Source: an uncultured Clostridium sp.
Lineage (GTDB): Bacteria > Bacillota > Clostridia > TANB77 > CAG-508
Length of the DNA stretch: 64,000 bases
Direction of reading: 5' to 3'
Assembly: GCA_947575745.1 (NCBI GenBank)
Contig: CANPOS010000005.1
Location: forward strand, 1,235 to 65,234
Position numbers and translations under genes: made by a program. Positions within the stretch are counted from its first letter, which is position 1; the number at the start of each line of letters is the position of its first letter. The notes beneath the pieces were generated by a model that was not told the origin of the DNA, ran no database searches, and saw only the letters and a list, made by a program, of their open reading frames with translations. Positions 11,301-22,030 of the stretch are shown one piece after another.

Positions 11301-12569
11301 AGTTGTAACTCTTATCTCATATATTCCATCTGCTTTTATACTTATTTCTTTTGATTCTCCCTTTAGTATTTCTTTATTTATTACTATATTGTTTGTATAT
11401 GTATTTTTTACTGTATATTCATACCCTGCTACTCCACTATTTTCATCTTCTGCTGTTATTCTTAGTTTTACATCAGTTACATACCAGCTTTTGTCTATTT
11501 CTCCTTCTACTTTCTTTCCTTCTCTTCCTTCTATCACTTCTATATTTGCAAGACTTGGTGCTATATTGTCTATCTTTATATTTTTATATGCATATTCTGT
11601 TTTCTCTGTTTCATCTTCATTTGTTACCCATGCTACTATTCTTGTTAATCCTAATTCTCTTATTATTATCTCTTGTATTAGCCCTTCTGCTGTTTTCTCT
11701 TCTTCTATTTTATTTCCTTCTATATTGCTCTGTCCTACTATCCTGTATTTCAGTTTTGCTCCTCCTGTTTCATTAGCATTTATTCTTATTGCTACTTCTC
11801 CTTTATACCAATTATTTTCTCCTTCTATTCCTGATATTATTTCTATTGTTGGTACTTTTAGTCCTATTCCTTTGTCATTTACTTGTACATATGCATACCC
11901 TACTTTTCCTTTACTTGATATGACTTTTACTATATATGTACCTACTTCTTTTATGTTTTTAAACTTTTCTGTTACTTCCTTTGCTCCTTTTCCCTCTACT
12001 TGTCCTTTGATATTTCCTTTATATATTAATTCTATACTTCCTATCCCATCTTCACATGAAGCAACTGCTTCTATTTCACTTCTTTCTTTATTATATGTTG
12101 CTCTTATTTTTGGTTTTGATATCTTATCATCTTGTCCTATTGGATATATATGTAGTTCTCCTGTATTCTCATCATAATATATTTCTACCATAACATTATC
12201 CTTTGTTATAACCATTATTGTTCCCGTTTCATTATCTGGTATTGCTGTTTTTATATTTTCATCTTTCTCCATGTCTGTTGCTAAACTTTTTAATGTTGTT
12301 TCTTCTCCTTTTAACAAGTCTTTTAATATTATACTTCTTGCTAACTGTTCTACATATTCTTTTGCTTGCTGTAATACATATTCATTTGCTATTTTTGTAC
12401 TTGATGCTATTATACTTTCGTTTCCTGTTAGCCCTTTTATACTTACCATTGCTAATATGATTAATAACAGTACCATGATGATTAGAGCTATTAAGGTTAT
12501 TCCTTTTTCTTGTTTTTGGGTATAGTTAATAAGCCCAAATTGGGCTGTTGGTTTTTCTCTGTTTCTCAT
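8340..12569 (-). CDS. Giant cell-surface protein: pilin-like N-terminus, Ig/FN3-like repeats, Listeria-Bacteroides repeats, Thr/Ser-rich tandem modules, Cys-rich C-terminal domain
   Basis: ORF 8340..12641. Likely start MRNREKP at 12569 after aaggag. The N-terminus QEKGITLIALIIMVLLLIILAMVSI resembles a prepilin-type leader (G-F/I-TLIE-like). FN3-like units are present (TSIQVFVTATDQGSGL...YDIKVEVTDGAGNVG). Flg_new/Listeria-Bacteroides-type motif: GWTFVGWNTDQNATTG...ITLYAIYS. Two tandem modules of about 190 aa start VSATFYYNNNKTSG and VTATFYYNNNKTSG. The last ~125 aa are Cys-rich (HCGRC, CETC, CCRSC). Confidence 0.8.
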   Translation of the reverse strand: MRNREKPTAQFGLINYTQKQEKGITLIALIIMVLLLIILAMVSIKGLTGNESIIASSTKIANEYVLQQAKEYVEQLARSIILKDLLKGEETTLKSLATDMEKDENIKTAIPDNETGTIMVITKDNVMVEIYYDENTGELHIYPIGQDDKISKPKIRATYNKERSEIEAVASCEDGIGSIELIYKGNIKGQVEGKGAKEVTEKFKNIKEVGTYIVKVISSKGKVGYAYVQVNDKGIGLKVPTIEIISGIEGENNWYKGEVAIRINANETGGAKLKYRIVGQSNIEGNKIEEEKTAEGLIQEIIIRELGLTRIVAWVTNEDETEKTEYAYKNIKIDNIAPSLANIEVIEGREGKKVEGEIDKSWYVTDVKLRITAEDENSGVAGYEYTVKNTYTNNIVINKEILKGESKEISIKADGIYEIRVTTIDRAGNRSEVVTTKIYKDCTAPNEFMPSIAKETAKGFTIIAYTDDNLSGIDKYKYYVDDKVIYEGKNRQCQFEGEEDTAYGIKVEAYDKAGNIRNGMGTAANTKPEDSTPPIVIVTKGNVTTNSIQVFVTATDQGSGLAAEPEYTYYIKKSSEEEYKKVAENIKDTTYTYTGLEQATEYDIKVEVTDGAGNVGSGAIRIITTERVPDGNETGILEITEEIWENYKAKVTVSTTQTKYELQYKVVKSGQEENNTNWETVSNKGRTVEIGNLEHKDKIYARLYDGVNGGIAKTKEIIDETKPIVTIITKTEEIRNSITFKATDTKSGIVSYKVTKETEEPKTGWVEVEQTLNLAETTVSNLDYNTNYYVWVKDKAGNASKGTIKTIGEFTVTYNYSANGGTTSTATTKSVVVEQPVDLSIKATKTGWTFVGWNTDQNATTGLTSLVMPANDITLYAIYSKTLTVTYHTYNNQTTTSTVELKNKETSKAVTLPSIASVTNGGVTYTPRGWGTGTTANGAVTAVGTKINVTTNLNYYASYQSTVSATFYYNNNKTSGGLTITTATASGIRYMNYTGTKIESNLSIPTVVTSSVGKYNSAYKGVANAINTMTITTPTTANTTYYTTYSTQVRIYYQTSEAVATNMTRYRNEYFTSATAITTKLGTSNTATTDFAFSSSVSGYSLYGFATAVNTTTRNYQTVANLRDSNTTTAYAILYKSESVTATFYYNNNKTSGDFTSANTTASATRIKYLKSVSNTTAGTTIIQGTMTVPTVVSSSVGKYNSAYRGVASSLGTMVTASVSTNYTTYYTVYSSTVNIYYPQSTETVKSRTLCRNEWFASTGAMSTVLGTNNTALYTTTNIHAGFIPDGFSVDCYNLVPDRYNSDGLSEAGLVQRQDRNFYAVVLTGPCGGRYLRKNETRSEYLPTHCGRCDYYMFNEKDPQFAYLECETCGDWEKKVSCCRSCYQEVLDILERESQTKTCTKQLILKCKY

Positions 12570-12961
12570 TTTACTTTTCTCCTTTTGTTTTTCCTTTGTT
12601 TTGGTTTCCTTTAAAAAACTATCAAGAGAATACTTTTTCAAATATATGTAAACAATAAATATTAAATTTATGAAATTAGCGACTGCAAGTGTTTTCGATT
12701 TAGAAATTGTTATATTAAAAAATGAGGGATGTTCACGTAGATTTACGTAGTAAATCTTACAAAGTGAAAGAGGCTCATTTTTTCAATATTACAATTTCTT
12801 TGAGAAAATCACGTGAGCCGAGCTATTTCATTAATTTATATTTATTGTTTACTATATTTTTATTTCTCTCCTTATGGTTAGAAACCAAAATAGTCAAAGC
12901 CAAACCAAACAAAACCAAAACTATCTTGATTTCCAACCATGAAGAGAGTACCGACATTCTT

Positions 12962-13031
12962 GCATTCATTTGAATGCGTATTTTTATTATAGCATTCGTT
13001 CGAATGCATGTCAAGGCATTTTTTTGAATGC
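12962..13031. promoter_or_regulatory. Three operator-like palindromes GCATTC-N4-GAATGC upstream of the XRE gene
   Basis: gcattcatttgaatgc (12962..12977), gcattcgttcgaatgc (12992..13007), gcatttttttgaatgc (13016..13031). A tataat-like box and the RBS gtgagg follow before ATG 13089. Confidence 0.5.
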
Positions 13032-13088
13032 ATGATAAAATTTAATTAAAGCTATATTTTTATAATTTATCCTTGTGAGGTAACTTTT

Positions 13089-13304
13089 ATGTATTTAAAA
13101 AGATTAAAAGATTTAAGAGAAGATATTGATGAGAAGCAAGCTACTATTGCAAAAGTTCTTGGAATAACTAGACAACAGTACAGCTTATATGAAACAGGAA
13201 AAAGAGATATACCTGCTGAATATATAAAACAGCTTGCTATATTCTATAATACCTCTACTGATTATATTTTAGAACTTACAAATAAAATAGAACCATACAA
13301 TTAG
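13089..13304 (+). CDS. XRE-family helix-turn-helix transcriptional regulator (71 aa)
   Basis: ORF 13089..13304. LKDLREDIDEKQATIAKVLGITRQQYSLYETGKRDIP is a typical Cro/C1 HTH. Confidence 0.8.
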   Translation: MYLKRLKDLREDIDEKQATIAKVLGITRQQYSLYETGKRDIPAEYIKQLAIFYNTSTDYILELTNKIEPYN

Positions 13305-13385
13305 GTAATTTTCATTTATTTTTCAAATATATTAAAAAAACTCTTATTTTATCATTTTTGACAAAATAAGAGTTTTTAGTTCATA

Positions 13386-13628
13386 CTATTGTAAATCATT
13401 TTTTACTTTTATTATCTGTTGCTCATTTACTTTTTCTGCTGGTTTATAGTATCCTTTGTTTTGAGCTATTTTAAATAGTTCATATTGAAAGCTCTCTTCT
13501 GAATTTCTAAGTTGTTGCATTGTATTTCTAAGTTGCATATTTTCTGCTTCTGATATTGCTTGGCTATATGTCGTAAGTTCTGTTTTTACTCCTTCAAGCA
13601 CATCATTAATCATTGTTTTTTCGTCCAT
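13386..13628 (-). CDS. Spore coat protein F (Coat_F)-like small protein
   Basis: ORF 13386..13628. MINDVLEGVKTELTTYSQAISEAENMQLRNTMQQLRNSEESFQYELFKIAQNKGYY resembles CotF-family helical proteins. Confidence 0.55.
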   Translation of the reverse strand: MDEKTMINDVLEGVKTELTTYSQAISEAENMQLRNTMQQLRNSEESFQYELFKIAQNKGYYKPAEKVNEQQIIKVKNDLQ

Positions 13629-13648
13629 ATTCTTAATCTTCCTTTCTT

Positions 13649-13846
13649 TTAGTTATTTAGAAATGTCATTAGTTTCTGTTTAGTATTTAGTGCATCCTGT
13701 GCTGATTTTGCAAATACTTGCTTTATTTGTGGATCTACTGCTTGTTCTGAATAAGTATTTAGTTTTTGATAATTTGTCTCTGCTCCACCTATTAAATGTC
13801 TTAAATTTTGTAATTCTACTTGGTTTAAGTCTGTCATTTGTATCAT
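13649..13846 (-). CDS. Small helical protein, possible spore-coat-associated partner of the CotF-like gene
   Basis: ORF 13649..13846, co-directional and adjacent to the CotF-like ORF. Assignment rests on context only. Confidence 0.4.
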   Translation of the reverse strand: MIQMTDLNQVELQNLRHLIGGAETNYQKLNTYSEQAVDPQIKQVFAKSAQDALNTKQKLMTFLNN

Positions 13847-13937
13847 TCCTTTCTAAAATATACTATTTTTATTATTCTCTATTTTGGAAATTTTATACAA
13901 AAATAAAGCATGCTTTAACATACTTTATTTTGAAAAT

Positions 13938-16222
13938 TTATCTAATTATTTCTAATCCTGCAAATTTAGCCATTAACCTCTTATGACCTACTTTATCAAA
14001 GTTTATATCTACTTTGTAGTCTTCTCCTTCTTCTTCAACATAATTGATTGTTCCTTCTCCAAATTTTTTGTGATATACTCTAGTTCCTTCTTTATATTCT
14101 GATATATCTACTGTTTCTTTTTTCTTACTTAATCCGTTTAAAAAGCTTTCTGGTGTTCTAAATGCAAATCCACTTGCTGCAACTTTTGGAGTACTATAAC
14201 TTGGCTCTACATTGTAGGTTTTTACTCCTGAATTTCCGTAGTTCCATTCATATTTGTTTCCATTATCAAAAGTTCCTTTTATTGTACTTTCTCCTGAAAG
14301 TGAGCTTTCTTCACTTAACATTTCTTCTGGTACTTCTTTTAAGAACCTTGATATTGCATTATATGAGGTTGATCCAAATAGTGTCCTTGACCTTGCACAT
14401 GTCATATATAAATGTTCTTTTGCTCTTGTTATTCCAACATAACATAGTCTTCTTTCTTCTTCTATTCCATTTACTTCATCTATTGCTCTATTGCTTGGGA
14501 ATATGCCTTCTTCCATTCCTACTAAGAATACTACTGGAAATTCTAGTCCTTTTGCACTATGTAATGTCATTAATGTTACTTGTTCTTGTGGTTCTTCTAG
14601 CTCATCTATATCACTTGCTAGTGATATATTTTCTAAGAAGCTTCCTAAATCGTTTTCTGCTTCTTCGTTAAATTCCATTGTTACTGTCAAAAATTCTTCT
14701 AAGTTTTCTATTCTATTCTCCGCTTCTTTAGTGTCTTCTGCTTCTAATGCTTTTATATATCCTGTATTTTTTAATACATTTTGTGTTAATTCTGATACTG
14801 TCATTCCTTCTGCTTTGTTTACTAATTCATCTATTATTTGTACAAATTCTCGTGTGTTTGTGTATACTCTATTTAGTCCATAGGCAGCTGCATCTTTTAT
14901 TATTTCATACATTGATTTTCCTTCTTTGTCTGCTATTTCTGCAACTTGATCTAGGCTTGTCTTTCCAACTCCTCTTTTAGGTTCATTTATTATTCTTCTT
15001 AGACTTAAGTTGTCTTTTGTATTGTATATTAGTCTAAGGTATGCCATTACGTCTTTGATTTCTTTTCGTTCGTAGAATTTTAGTCCTCCTACGATTTTAT
15101 ATTGGATATTTTCTCTTCTTAAAATGTCTTCTATGCTACGTGATTGTGTGTTCATTCTATATAATATTGCAAAGTCTGAATATTTATAGTATTCTTCTCT
15201 TCTTAAATGTTCTATTTGTTCTACAACATATGTTGCTTCTTCATATTCATTATTTGCAAGATGTGCTGTAACTTGTGTTCCTTTTTCGTTTTCTGTCCAA
15301 AGTTCTTTTTTATATTTTACTTCATTGTTTTTGATTACTGCATTTGCAACATCTAATATATTTTTTGTACAACGATAGTTTTGTTCTAGTTTTATTATTT
15401 TTGTTCCTGGAAAGTCTTTTTCAAAGTTTAATATATTTTTTATATCTGCTCCTCTAAATGAGTATATTCCTTGATCATTATCTCCAACTACTGTGATATT
15501 TCCATTTCTTGCTGATAAAAGTGTTATTAATGTGAATTGTGCTTTGTTTGTATCTTGATATTCATCTACTAATACATAATGAAACTTTTCTGAATAGTAC
15601 TCTAATGCTTCTGGTTCTTGTAATAGTATTTTTATTGTGTAGTTTATTATATCGTCAAAGTCCAGTGCATTATTTTCTTTTAGCTTTTTTTGATATAATC
15701 TATATACTTCTGAAATTACTTCTTTTCTTATTTCATTATTTGTTCTTTTTGCATATTCTTCTGGTTCTAACATATCATTTTTTGCATTGCTGATTTCATA
15801 CATTATGCTTCTATCTGTAAACATTTTGTCATCTATTTTTAATTCTTTCATACATTCTTTTACTATGTTTTTTTGATCTGTTGTGTCAAATATTACAAAT
15901 GATGAAGTAAATCCTATTCTATCTATATACTTTCTAAGTATTCTTACACATATTGAGTGGAATGTTCCGTATCCACATATCATTTGCAATGTCTCCTAGA
16001 AGGTTTACAACTCTTTCTTTCATTTCTTTTGCTGCTTTATTTGTAAATGTTATTGCAAGTATGTTCCAAGGTCTTACATTTTTTTCTCCTATTATGTATG
16101 CTATTTTATGTGTTAGTACTTTTGTTTTTCCGTGATCCTGCTCCTGCAATTACAAGACATGGGCCATCTGTTGCAAGTACTGCTTCTTTTTGTTTATCGT
16201 TTAGTCCTTCTATTATATCCAT
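13938..16222 (-). CDS. pcrA: ATP-dependent DNA helicase PcrA (UvrD family), with two CGG +1 breaks
   Basis: Track pieces 13938..15989 and 15934..16149, plus an unlisted 38-codon start from ATG 16222 ([30 protein letters not shown]). Skipping the C at plus CCG 16130..16132 restores the Walker [20 protein letters not shown]. Skipping at 15967..15969 restores [23 protein letters not shown]. Later motifs DEYQDTN and [14 protein letters not shown] are intact. Length is 3n+2. Confidence 0.92.
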
Positions 16223-16246
16223 TATTTCTTTTCTCCTTTAAATTGC

Positions 16247-16945
16247 CTATTTATTTGAAATAGGGCTATCTTCTTCCTTTTGTTCCTTCTTTTCTTTTTT
16301 CTTTAATATTGGTCCAAAGATGTATGGGAATATTCCAATTCTTGCTCCTAGTGCATGTATTATTGGAAATGCTATCATAACTGTTATGCATTGTACCATT
16401 GTAACTGGTGCTTCTGTATAATCTTCTTCACTTATTCTTTCTGCATTTCCTAACATGTCTATATAGAAGTCTTTGCGTGTTAGTTCTTCTTTATATTCTA
16501 TTTGTCCTAAGAAGCTACTGTCTTGTGTTAAGTCTTCTTTTACTATCTTTCCTACTGGTAATGTAGAATCTCCACTATATATGCTATCTCCTGAAGTTTG
16601 TACTGCATCTGTATTGATACGTGCTGCTACTATTTCTCCTGATGGGAGTGTAACTGCATGCATATATAGTCCATTATGGTATCCTCCACCACGATTTCTA
16701 TATTGTATTCCTTTTGATACTATTGTAAATGTATCATGTGATAATAAATCTTCTACACTTTGTGCTCTAAATACTTCTTCCCCTGCTTCTCCTCCTATTT
16801 CTCCTGCTGTAACTGTGTGTTCTTCTAAATAGCTTTCATATTGTTTTGGTAATACACTTTCTAATATTTTTGCTGGTATAAAGCTTATTGCAAAGCTTAT
16901 TAACAATGTTAGCCAAATATCAAATCTTAAAACACGTACTCTCAT
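16247..16945 (-). CDS. Hypothetical membrane protein (232 aa)
   Basis: ORF 16247..16945 with N- and C-terminal hydrophobic segments. No family recognised. Confidence 0.5.
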   Translation of the reverse strand: MRVRVLRFDIWLTLLISFAISFIPAKILESVLPKQYESYLEEHTVTAGEIGGEAGEEVFRAQSVEDLLSHDTFTIVSKGIQYRNRGGGYHNGLYMHAVTLPSGEIVAARINTDAVQTSGDSIYSGDSTLPVGKIVKEDLTQDSSFLGQIEYKEELTRKDFYIDMLGNAERISEEDYTEAPVTMVQCITVMIAFPIIHALGARIGIFPYIFGPILKKKEKKEQKEEDSPISNK

Positions 16946-16970
16946 CTTTAATATTCTTCCTTTCTTTAGT

Positions 16971-17038
16971 TTGGAAAATAATTAGTATAGTGCTAAGCAT
17001 TTTTTTCTAATGATTACAATTTGCTGATTATTTTTCAA
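16971..17038. repeat. Partial family C repeat
   Basis: ttggaaaataattagtatagtgctaagc matches the AATTAGTATAGTGCTAGGC arm of copy 58259..58379. The conserved GAGGCGTGC..GCACGTTGA loop is missing. Confidence 0.4.
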
Positions 17039-17045
17039 ACTCCTT

Positions 17046-18340
17046 TTAAATTATATTTAATATATCTTTATATTCTTCTACTTCTTCTTTTGTTATTTCA
17101 TAAGCTTTTTCTACTTTTTCTTTGGCATTTTGTATTAGTTCTTCTTTGTTTGAGTGTATATATGCTAATATTTCTCCTTTTTGCACTTTTTCTCCTATTT
17201 TCTTTTCTAGCACTATTCCACAGGTGTAGTCTATTGTATCTTCTTTTCTCTTTCTTCCGTGCTCCTAATTCTAGTGCTGCTTTTCCAATACTTTCTGCAT
17301 CTAATTTTGTTACAAATCCATCTTGTTTTGCTTCTATTGGAACAATATATTTTGCTTTTTCTATATTGTTTAAGTATTCTATACTACCACTTTGTTTTTC
17401 TATTAATTGTACAAATTTTTCGTATGCTTTTCCATTTTCTATGTTTTCTAATACTTTTTGTTTGTTTTCTTGTATATTCTCTCCTTTTCCTGAGAGTTTC
17501 ATTATTTGTGAGGTTATGCAAAGTACTATTTCTTTTACGTCCTTTTCCATTTCTCCTTTTAATGCTTTTACTGCTTCTGCTACTTCTAATGAATTTCCTA
17601 TATTTTTCCCTATTGGTTGTTCCATATTTGTTATAACACAGACAGTTTCTATTCCTGCTAATTCTCCTATTTTGCTCATTACTTTGCTTAATTCTTCTGC
17701 TTGCTCTCTATTTTTCATAAAGGCTCCGCTTCCGACAAGTTACTTCTAGTACTAGTTTATTTGCTCCTGCTGCGATTTTTTTACTCATTATACTTGATGC
17801 GATTAGCGGTATGCTTTCAGTGCAAGATATTGTATCTCTTAGTGCATATAGTTTTTTATCTGCTGGTGCTAATTTTTCTGTTTGTCCTATTAAACTTATT
17901 CCTATTTCTTTTATATTATTTTTGAATTTATCTAATGATATATCTGTATTATATCCTGGTATTGAATGTAATTTATCTATTGTTCCTCCTGTAATTCCAA
18001 GTCCTCTTCCTGACATTTTTGCAACTGGTATTCCAAGTGATGCAATTATTGGCATTACTATTAATGTTATTTTGTCTCCTACTCCTCCACTTGAGTGTTT
18101 ATCTATTATTGTGTCTGATATTTCTTTTAAATCTAATATCTCTCCTGAATGTGCCATTGCAATTGTTAAGTTTTTTGTTTCTTCATAGTCCATTCCATTT
18201 ATATATATCGCCATTACTAATGCTGCTGCTTGATAATCTGTTATTTCTCCTTTTGTATATCCTTCTACAAAGTATTCTATTTCTTCTTTATTTAGAATTT
18301 TCTTATCTCTTTTTTTGGCTATAATTTCTAATATATTCAT
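17046..18340 (-). CDS. pdp: Pyrimidine-nucleoside phosphorylase, with two CGG +1 breaks
   Basis: Track pieces 17708..18340 and 17098..17718. HSSGGVGDK and SGRGLGITGGTIDKL motifs are present. Skipping the C at 17732..17734 gives KLVLEVTC-GSGAFMKNREQA. Skipping at 17257..17259 gives [42 protein letters not shown]..., with stop at 17046. Length is 3n+2. Confidence 0.9.
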
Positions 18341-18492
18341 TTGTTATCTCCCTTCAGCTTTGTAATTATATAACATATTAAATTATAATTCTAGCGAACA
18401 CTTACAATTTTTTGACTTATTTTTTTAAGCATGGTATAATAAATTATTATTTAATCACTTTTTATAAGCTTTTGCATATTGGGAGGTTTTAT

Positions 18493-19908
18493 ATGGATAA
18501 AAATTTATATCAAATAATGCAAGAAATTCTTGAGGAGAAGAAAACTGATTTTACAAAAGATATTGAATTTCTTGGTAGTATAACTTCTGATGAAAATACA
18601 ACTTCTGGTAAAGTAGGAGTAACAAGAGATATTTTTATGCTTATTGATGAAATGCCTGATGGTACAGTTGTTAAGAAATTTTATGATAATGATAAAAATT
18701 TCATTGCTGGTTGTGATAAAGATGGAAAAATTTATCCAGGAGCAGAGTTTGCTTCTTCTGATTTAAGTTTTTTGGGTCAACTTGAAAATTTAACTCAAGT
18801 ACAAGGTATTTCTCTTGATGAAATGGATAAACATTTAGAGAAGGTTGCGAAGTCTATCGGCGTTTCTAAAAAGGATATTCTTTCTATGTCTGAAGTTGAA
18901 TTAGATAAAAAAGTTCAAGAAAAAGCTGGAACACAAATTTCTTTAGATGATGACAATCCTGATGAAAGTAAGGAAGGTCATGATAAATCTAATGAAAATG
19001 CTTTAAATAATATTTCTTCTAAGCAAGAGATTAAATTGGATAACAAAATTGATGATAAACATACTTTAGGAGACGTTTTGGGTGTTCCTATAGGTTGCAA
19101 GCTTATCGCTGTTTATTCTAATAGCATTGCTGATAACAAGAATACTACTAAGTTTTCATTTATTATTCAAAATGCTGATGGCTCTCTAAAACCTGCTGAT
19201 ATGCTTGAACAGGTTGGTGGTAAAGAGTCTGATAAGTCTGTTTATGAAACTAATCGTGATGGTTCTGAAGTTGAAAAACAAAGTGTTAAGTCTTCTTATG
19301 CTATTAATTCTCCTATTGTAAAAAATGGCATTTTGACTGCTAGAATTGGTTCAATGGGATATATCGAACTTGGATATGGACAAATTGATAGAACTTCAAA
19401 CAGAGATGCTTTTACTCAAAAACTAGAAACTGATCATACTAGATATACTACTTATGAAGTTCGTGAAGAATTTAGCTCTAAAAATGGAATTGATAATATT
19501 CCTGAAAACATGGACGAGATTAGAAGCCATGAAGAAGTTGGTTGCAGTAATCTATCTTTGGATGAGGCTGATGGAAATAGAAATACTGGTCATTCTCATT
19601 ATGATACTAAGTCTTCTACTCCTATTTCTATTAACCAAATGCTTTCTCCTGATTTAGTAACTATGAATGTTCAAGAAATTATTAATGAGTTTCCTTCAAA
19701 TAATTATGTAAGAAACAATGCTCTTCAAGTTTATTTATCTGTTGTTCGTGAACATGGTGAAAATAGTAATGTGTGCATTAAAGAGAATATTAAAGCTGAA
19801 GTTGTTTCCAGATTAGTAAATGAGATTGGTAATGATGAAGCAAATGATCACTCTTATGATAATGCTAATGAGCATGATGATGATTATATCCCAATGCATA
19901 AGCACTAA
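18493..19908 (+). CDS. Hypothetical protein (471 aa), acidic with a His-rich tail
   Basis: ORF 18412..19908. Likely start MDKNLYQIMQEIL at 18493 after gggagg. No family recognised. One of the few plus-strand genes. Confidence 0.55.
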   Translation: MDKNLYQIMQEILEEKKTDFTKDIEFLGSITSDENTTSGKVGVTRDIFMLIDEMPDGTVVKKFYDNDKNFIAGCDKDGKIYPGAEFASSDLSFLGQLENLTQVQGISLDEMDKHLEKVAKSIGVSKKDILSMSEVELDKKVQEKAGTQISLDDDNPDESKEGHDKSNENALNNISSKQEIKLDNKIDDKHTLGDVLGVPIGCKLIAVYSNSIADNKNTTKFSFIIQNADGSLKPADMLEQVGGKESDKSVYETNRDGSEVEKQSVKSSYAINSPIVKNGILTARIGSMGYIELGYGQIDRTSNRDAFTQKLETDHTRYTTYEVREEFSSKNGIDNIPENMDEIRSHEEVGCSNLSLDEADGNRNTGHSHYDTKSSTPISINQMLSPDLVTMNVQEIINEFPSNNYVRNNALQVYLSVVREHGENSNVCIKENIKAEVVSRLVNEIGNDEANDHSYDNANEHDDDYIPMHKH

Positions 19909-19955
19909 AATATTATAAATCAGTGTAATATTATTGTTACACTGATTTTGTATTT

Positions 19956-20254
19956 TTAAATGCTGACTGCAATTATTCCTAGTAAGAAGCCTAATATATT
20001 TCCAAGTGCTGACATCCTTCCTTTGTATAAATTATTTGCTTCTGGAATTAGTTCTCCTGTTACTATATATAACATTGCTCCTGCAGCAAATGCTAGACAC
20101 AATGATATTACATTTAATGAAATTCCTCCTATTAGACTACCTAAAAATGCACCTAATCCTGTTGTTATTCCAGATAATACTACATAGAATATTACTTTTC
20201 CTGAACTTATTCCACCATTTTTCATTGGTACTGCCATTGATATTCCTTCTGGTA
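19956..20254 (-). pseudogene. ZIP-family metal transporter, C-terminal fragment (gene split by insertion)
   Basis: ORF 19956..20237 (…GELIPEANNLYKG…). Upstream in frame it reads LPEGISMAVPMKNGG. Joining it to 23626 across one copy of the 15-bp repeat restores AIAIHDIPEGISMAVPM. Confidence 0.8.
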
Positions 20255-20258
20255 GATG

Positions 20259-21825
20259 TTAAAAGTGACTGCTTTGGTCCAAAAATTTTTTTAATTTTTT
20301 AAAGTTAAAATTTATGTCTATTTGTTTATCTTGATGTACCTCTATTTCGTTGATTATTACTTTCATTAACTCTGGTGTTGGATTTTCTAAACTTAGAAAA
20401 TCTTTTACTGTTTTTTCTATTTCCTTATCATCTTCTCTGTTTCCTCCTTTGTTTAATTCTTTTATTCTAATGTATTCTTCTTCTTTTTCTTTAATCTCAT
20501 TTATCAATTTTTGTGAAATCCTCTCATACATTGTTTCACTTACTTTGTTGTTTAATTTGTCTATGTACATTTTGTCAAGGTTATCTTGAGTTAGTTTTAT
20601 TCCCATTTCTAGTTTCTTTAGCATTTCATTGTAATCATATTTTGCTTTGTCATTCTCTATATCTAATTTTAATTTTTCTCTGTCTATATTTGAAAACAAC
20701 TCTTTTATGTATTTTACTATTTTTTCTTCTAATTCATCATAGCTAAATCCATGAGAGGTGCAAAGCCCTACTTTTGAATTTTTACGATAATAATTACATA
20801 CCATATACCTATGCCTATTTCTTCCATTTTTTACTCCAATTTTGTGCTTACATTCATAACAGATAAGTAGTCCGTCTAATAAGTAATGATTCTTTTTTTC
20901 ATTCCTTTGGTATTTTTGTGATATATTCATTTTTTGTACTTTTTCAAAGGTAACTTTATCTATTATTGGTTCATGAGTATTTTCCACAATTACCCATTCT
21001 TCTTTTGGATTTGCCCTTAGTTTTCTATTTTTATAACTTATTCTACTTCGTTTATTTTGTACTGTATTGCCAATATATACTTGGTTTGTTAATATGTTTT
21101 TTATTGCCTTATTTTCCCAAAAGGAAGGCTTGTTATATCTTAGCTGATTTGCTGTTGGAATTTTGTTTTTGTTTAAATAGTTTCTAATTTGGTTTATCCC
21201 ATTTCCATTTACCACCATATTAAATATAGTTTTTACAGTTTCTGTTTCTTCTTCACATATAATTAAATGGTTTTTATCATTTGGATCCCTTATATATCCC
21301 AATGCTGTTTTTCCTCCTACCCATTTCCCTTGTTTTTGCATTGTAGAAAGTGCTGTTTTTATTTTCTTTGACAAGTCTTTTGAGTACATATCATTTAGTA
21401 TTGATTTAAATGGTGCTATGTCATTGTTTCCATTATTATTTGCAAATGTATCTATTCCATCAGTTACTGAAACATATCTTACATTTTGCTCTGGAAACCA
21501 TTTTTCTATATATTCTCCTGTTTCTATGTAATCACGTCCCAAACGAGATAAATCTTTTGTTATTACCATATTAACTCTACCGATTTTCTATATCTTGTAC
21601 CATTTTTTGAAATGCTGGTCTCTTGAAATTCGTCCCTGTATATCCTTGGTCAATGTATATATCTATAAGCATGTATTCCTTTCCTAAATTTTCTACATAT
21701 TCTGTAAGTAATGTTTTTTGGTTTTTTATACTCTCGCTTTCATCAAAACCTCTGTCTGCATCTTCTTTTGATAGTCTTATATATATTGCTATTTTATATG
21801 TTTTTTTCTCTATTCTTTCAAGCAC
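20259..21825 (-). CDS. Large serine recombinase, with one CGG +1 break
   Basis: Track pieces 21577..21825 (resolvase domain YKIAIYIRLSKEDADRG) and 20259..21569 (recombinase domain and zinc ribbon CYECKHK...C). Skipping the C at 21580..21582 gives DIEN-GRVNMVITKDLSRLGRD. Length is 3n+1. The stop lies 5 bp from the left repeat. Confidence 0.9.
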
Positions 21826-21922
21826 CTACTCCTCCTTTCTATGCTTGAAAAATAACTTAAATTCATATTGATTTAGAAAATATATAATCAAGTTATGAAT
21901 TCAAATATGATTATTTTAAGCA

Positions 21923-22030
21923 TTATGCTATTTTGTTATCTAATAAATTTTTCAAGTAAAAAGCTAATAAATTTTCTATTTCTTCCCCTTCATCACTAAA
22001 ATAAACATTTATCTTAAAATCATTTTCCAT
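21923..22030 (-). CDS. Small ORF (35 aa) upstream of the recombinase
   Basis: Strong RBS caggagg, then ATG at 22030. MENDFKINVYFSDEGEEIENLLAFYLKNLLDNKIA. Too short for the track; function unknown. Confidence 0.35.
   Translation of the reverse strand: MENDFKINVYFSDEGEEIENLLAFYLKNLLDNKIA

Noticed and set aside
12823-13014. ORFs 12722..12973 (+) and 12823..13014 (-) in the surface-protein/XRE intergenic region.
   Set aside because: They are mutually overlapping, lack an RBS, have hydrophobic low-complexity translations, and overlap the operator-like palindromes. They are more likely non-coding regulatory DNA.
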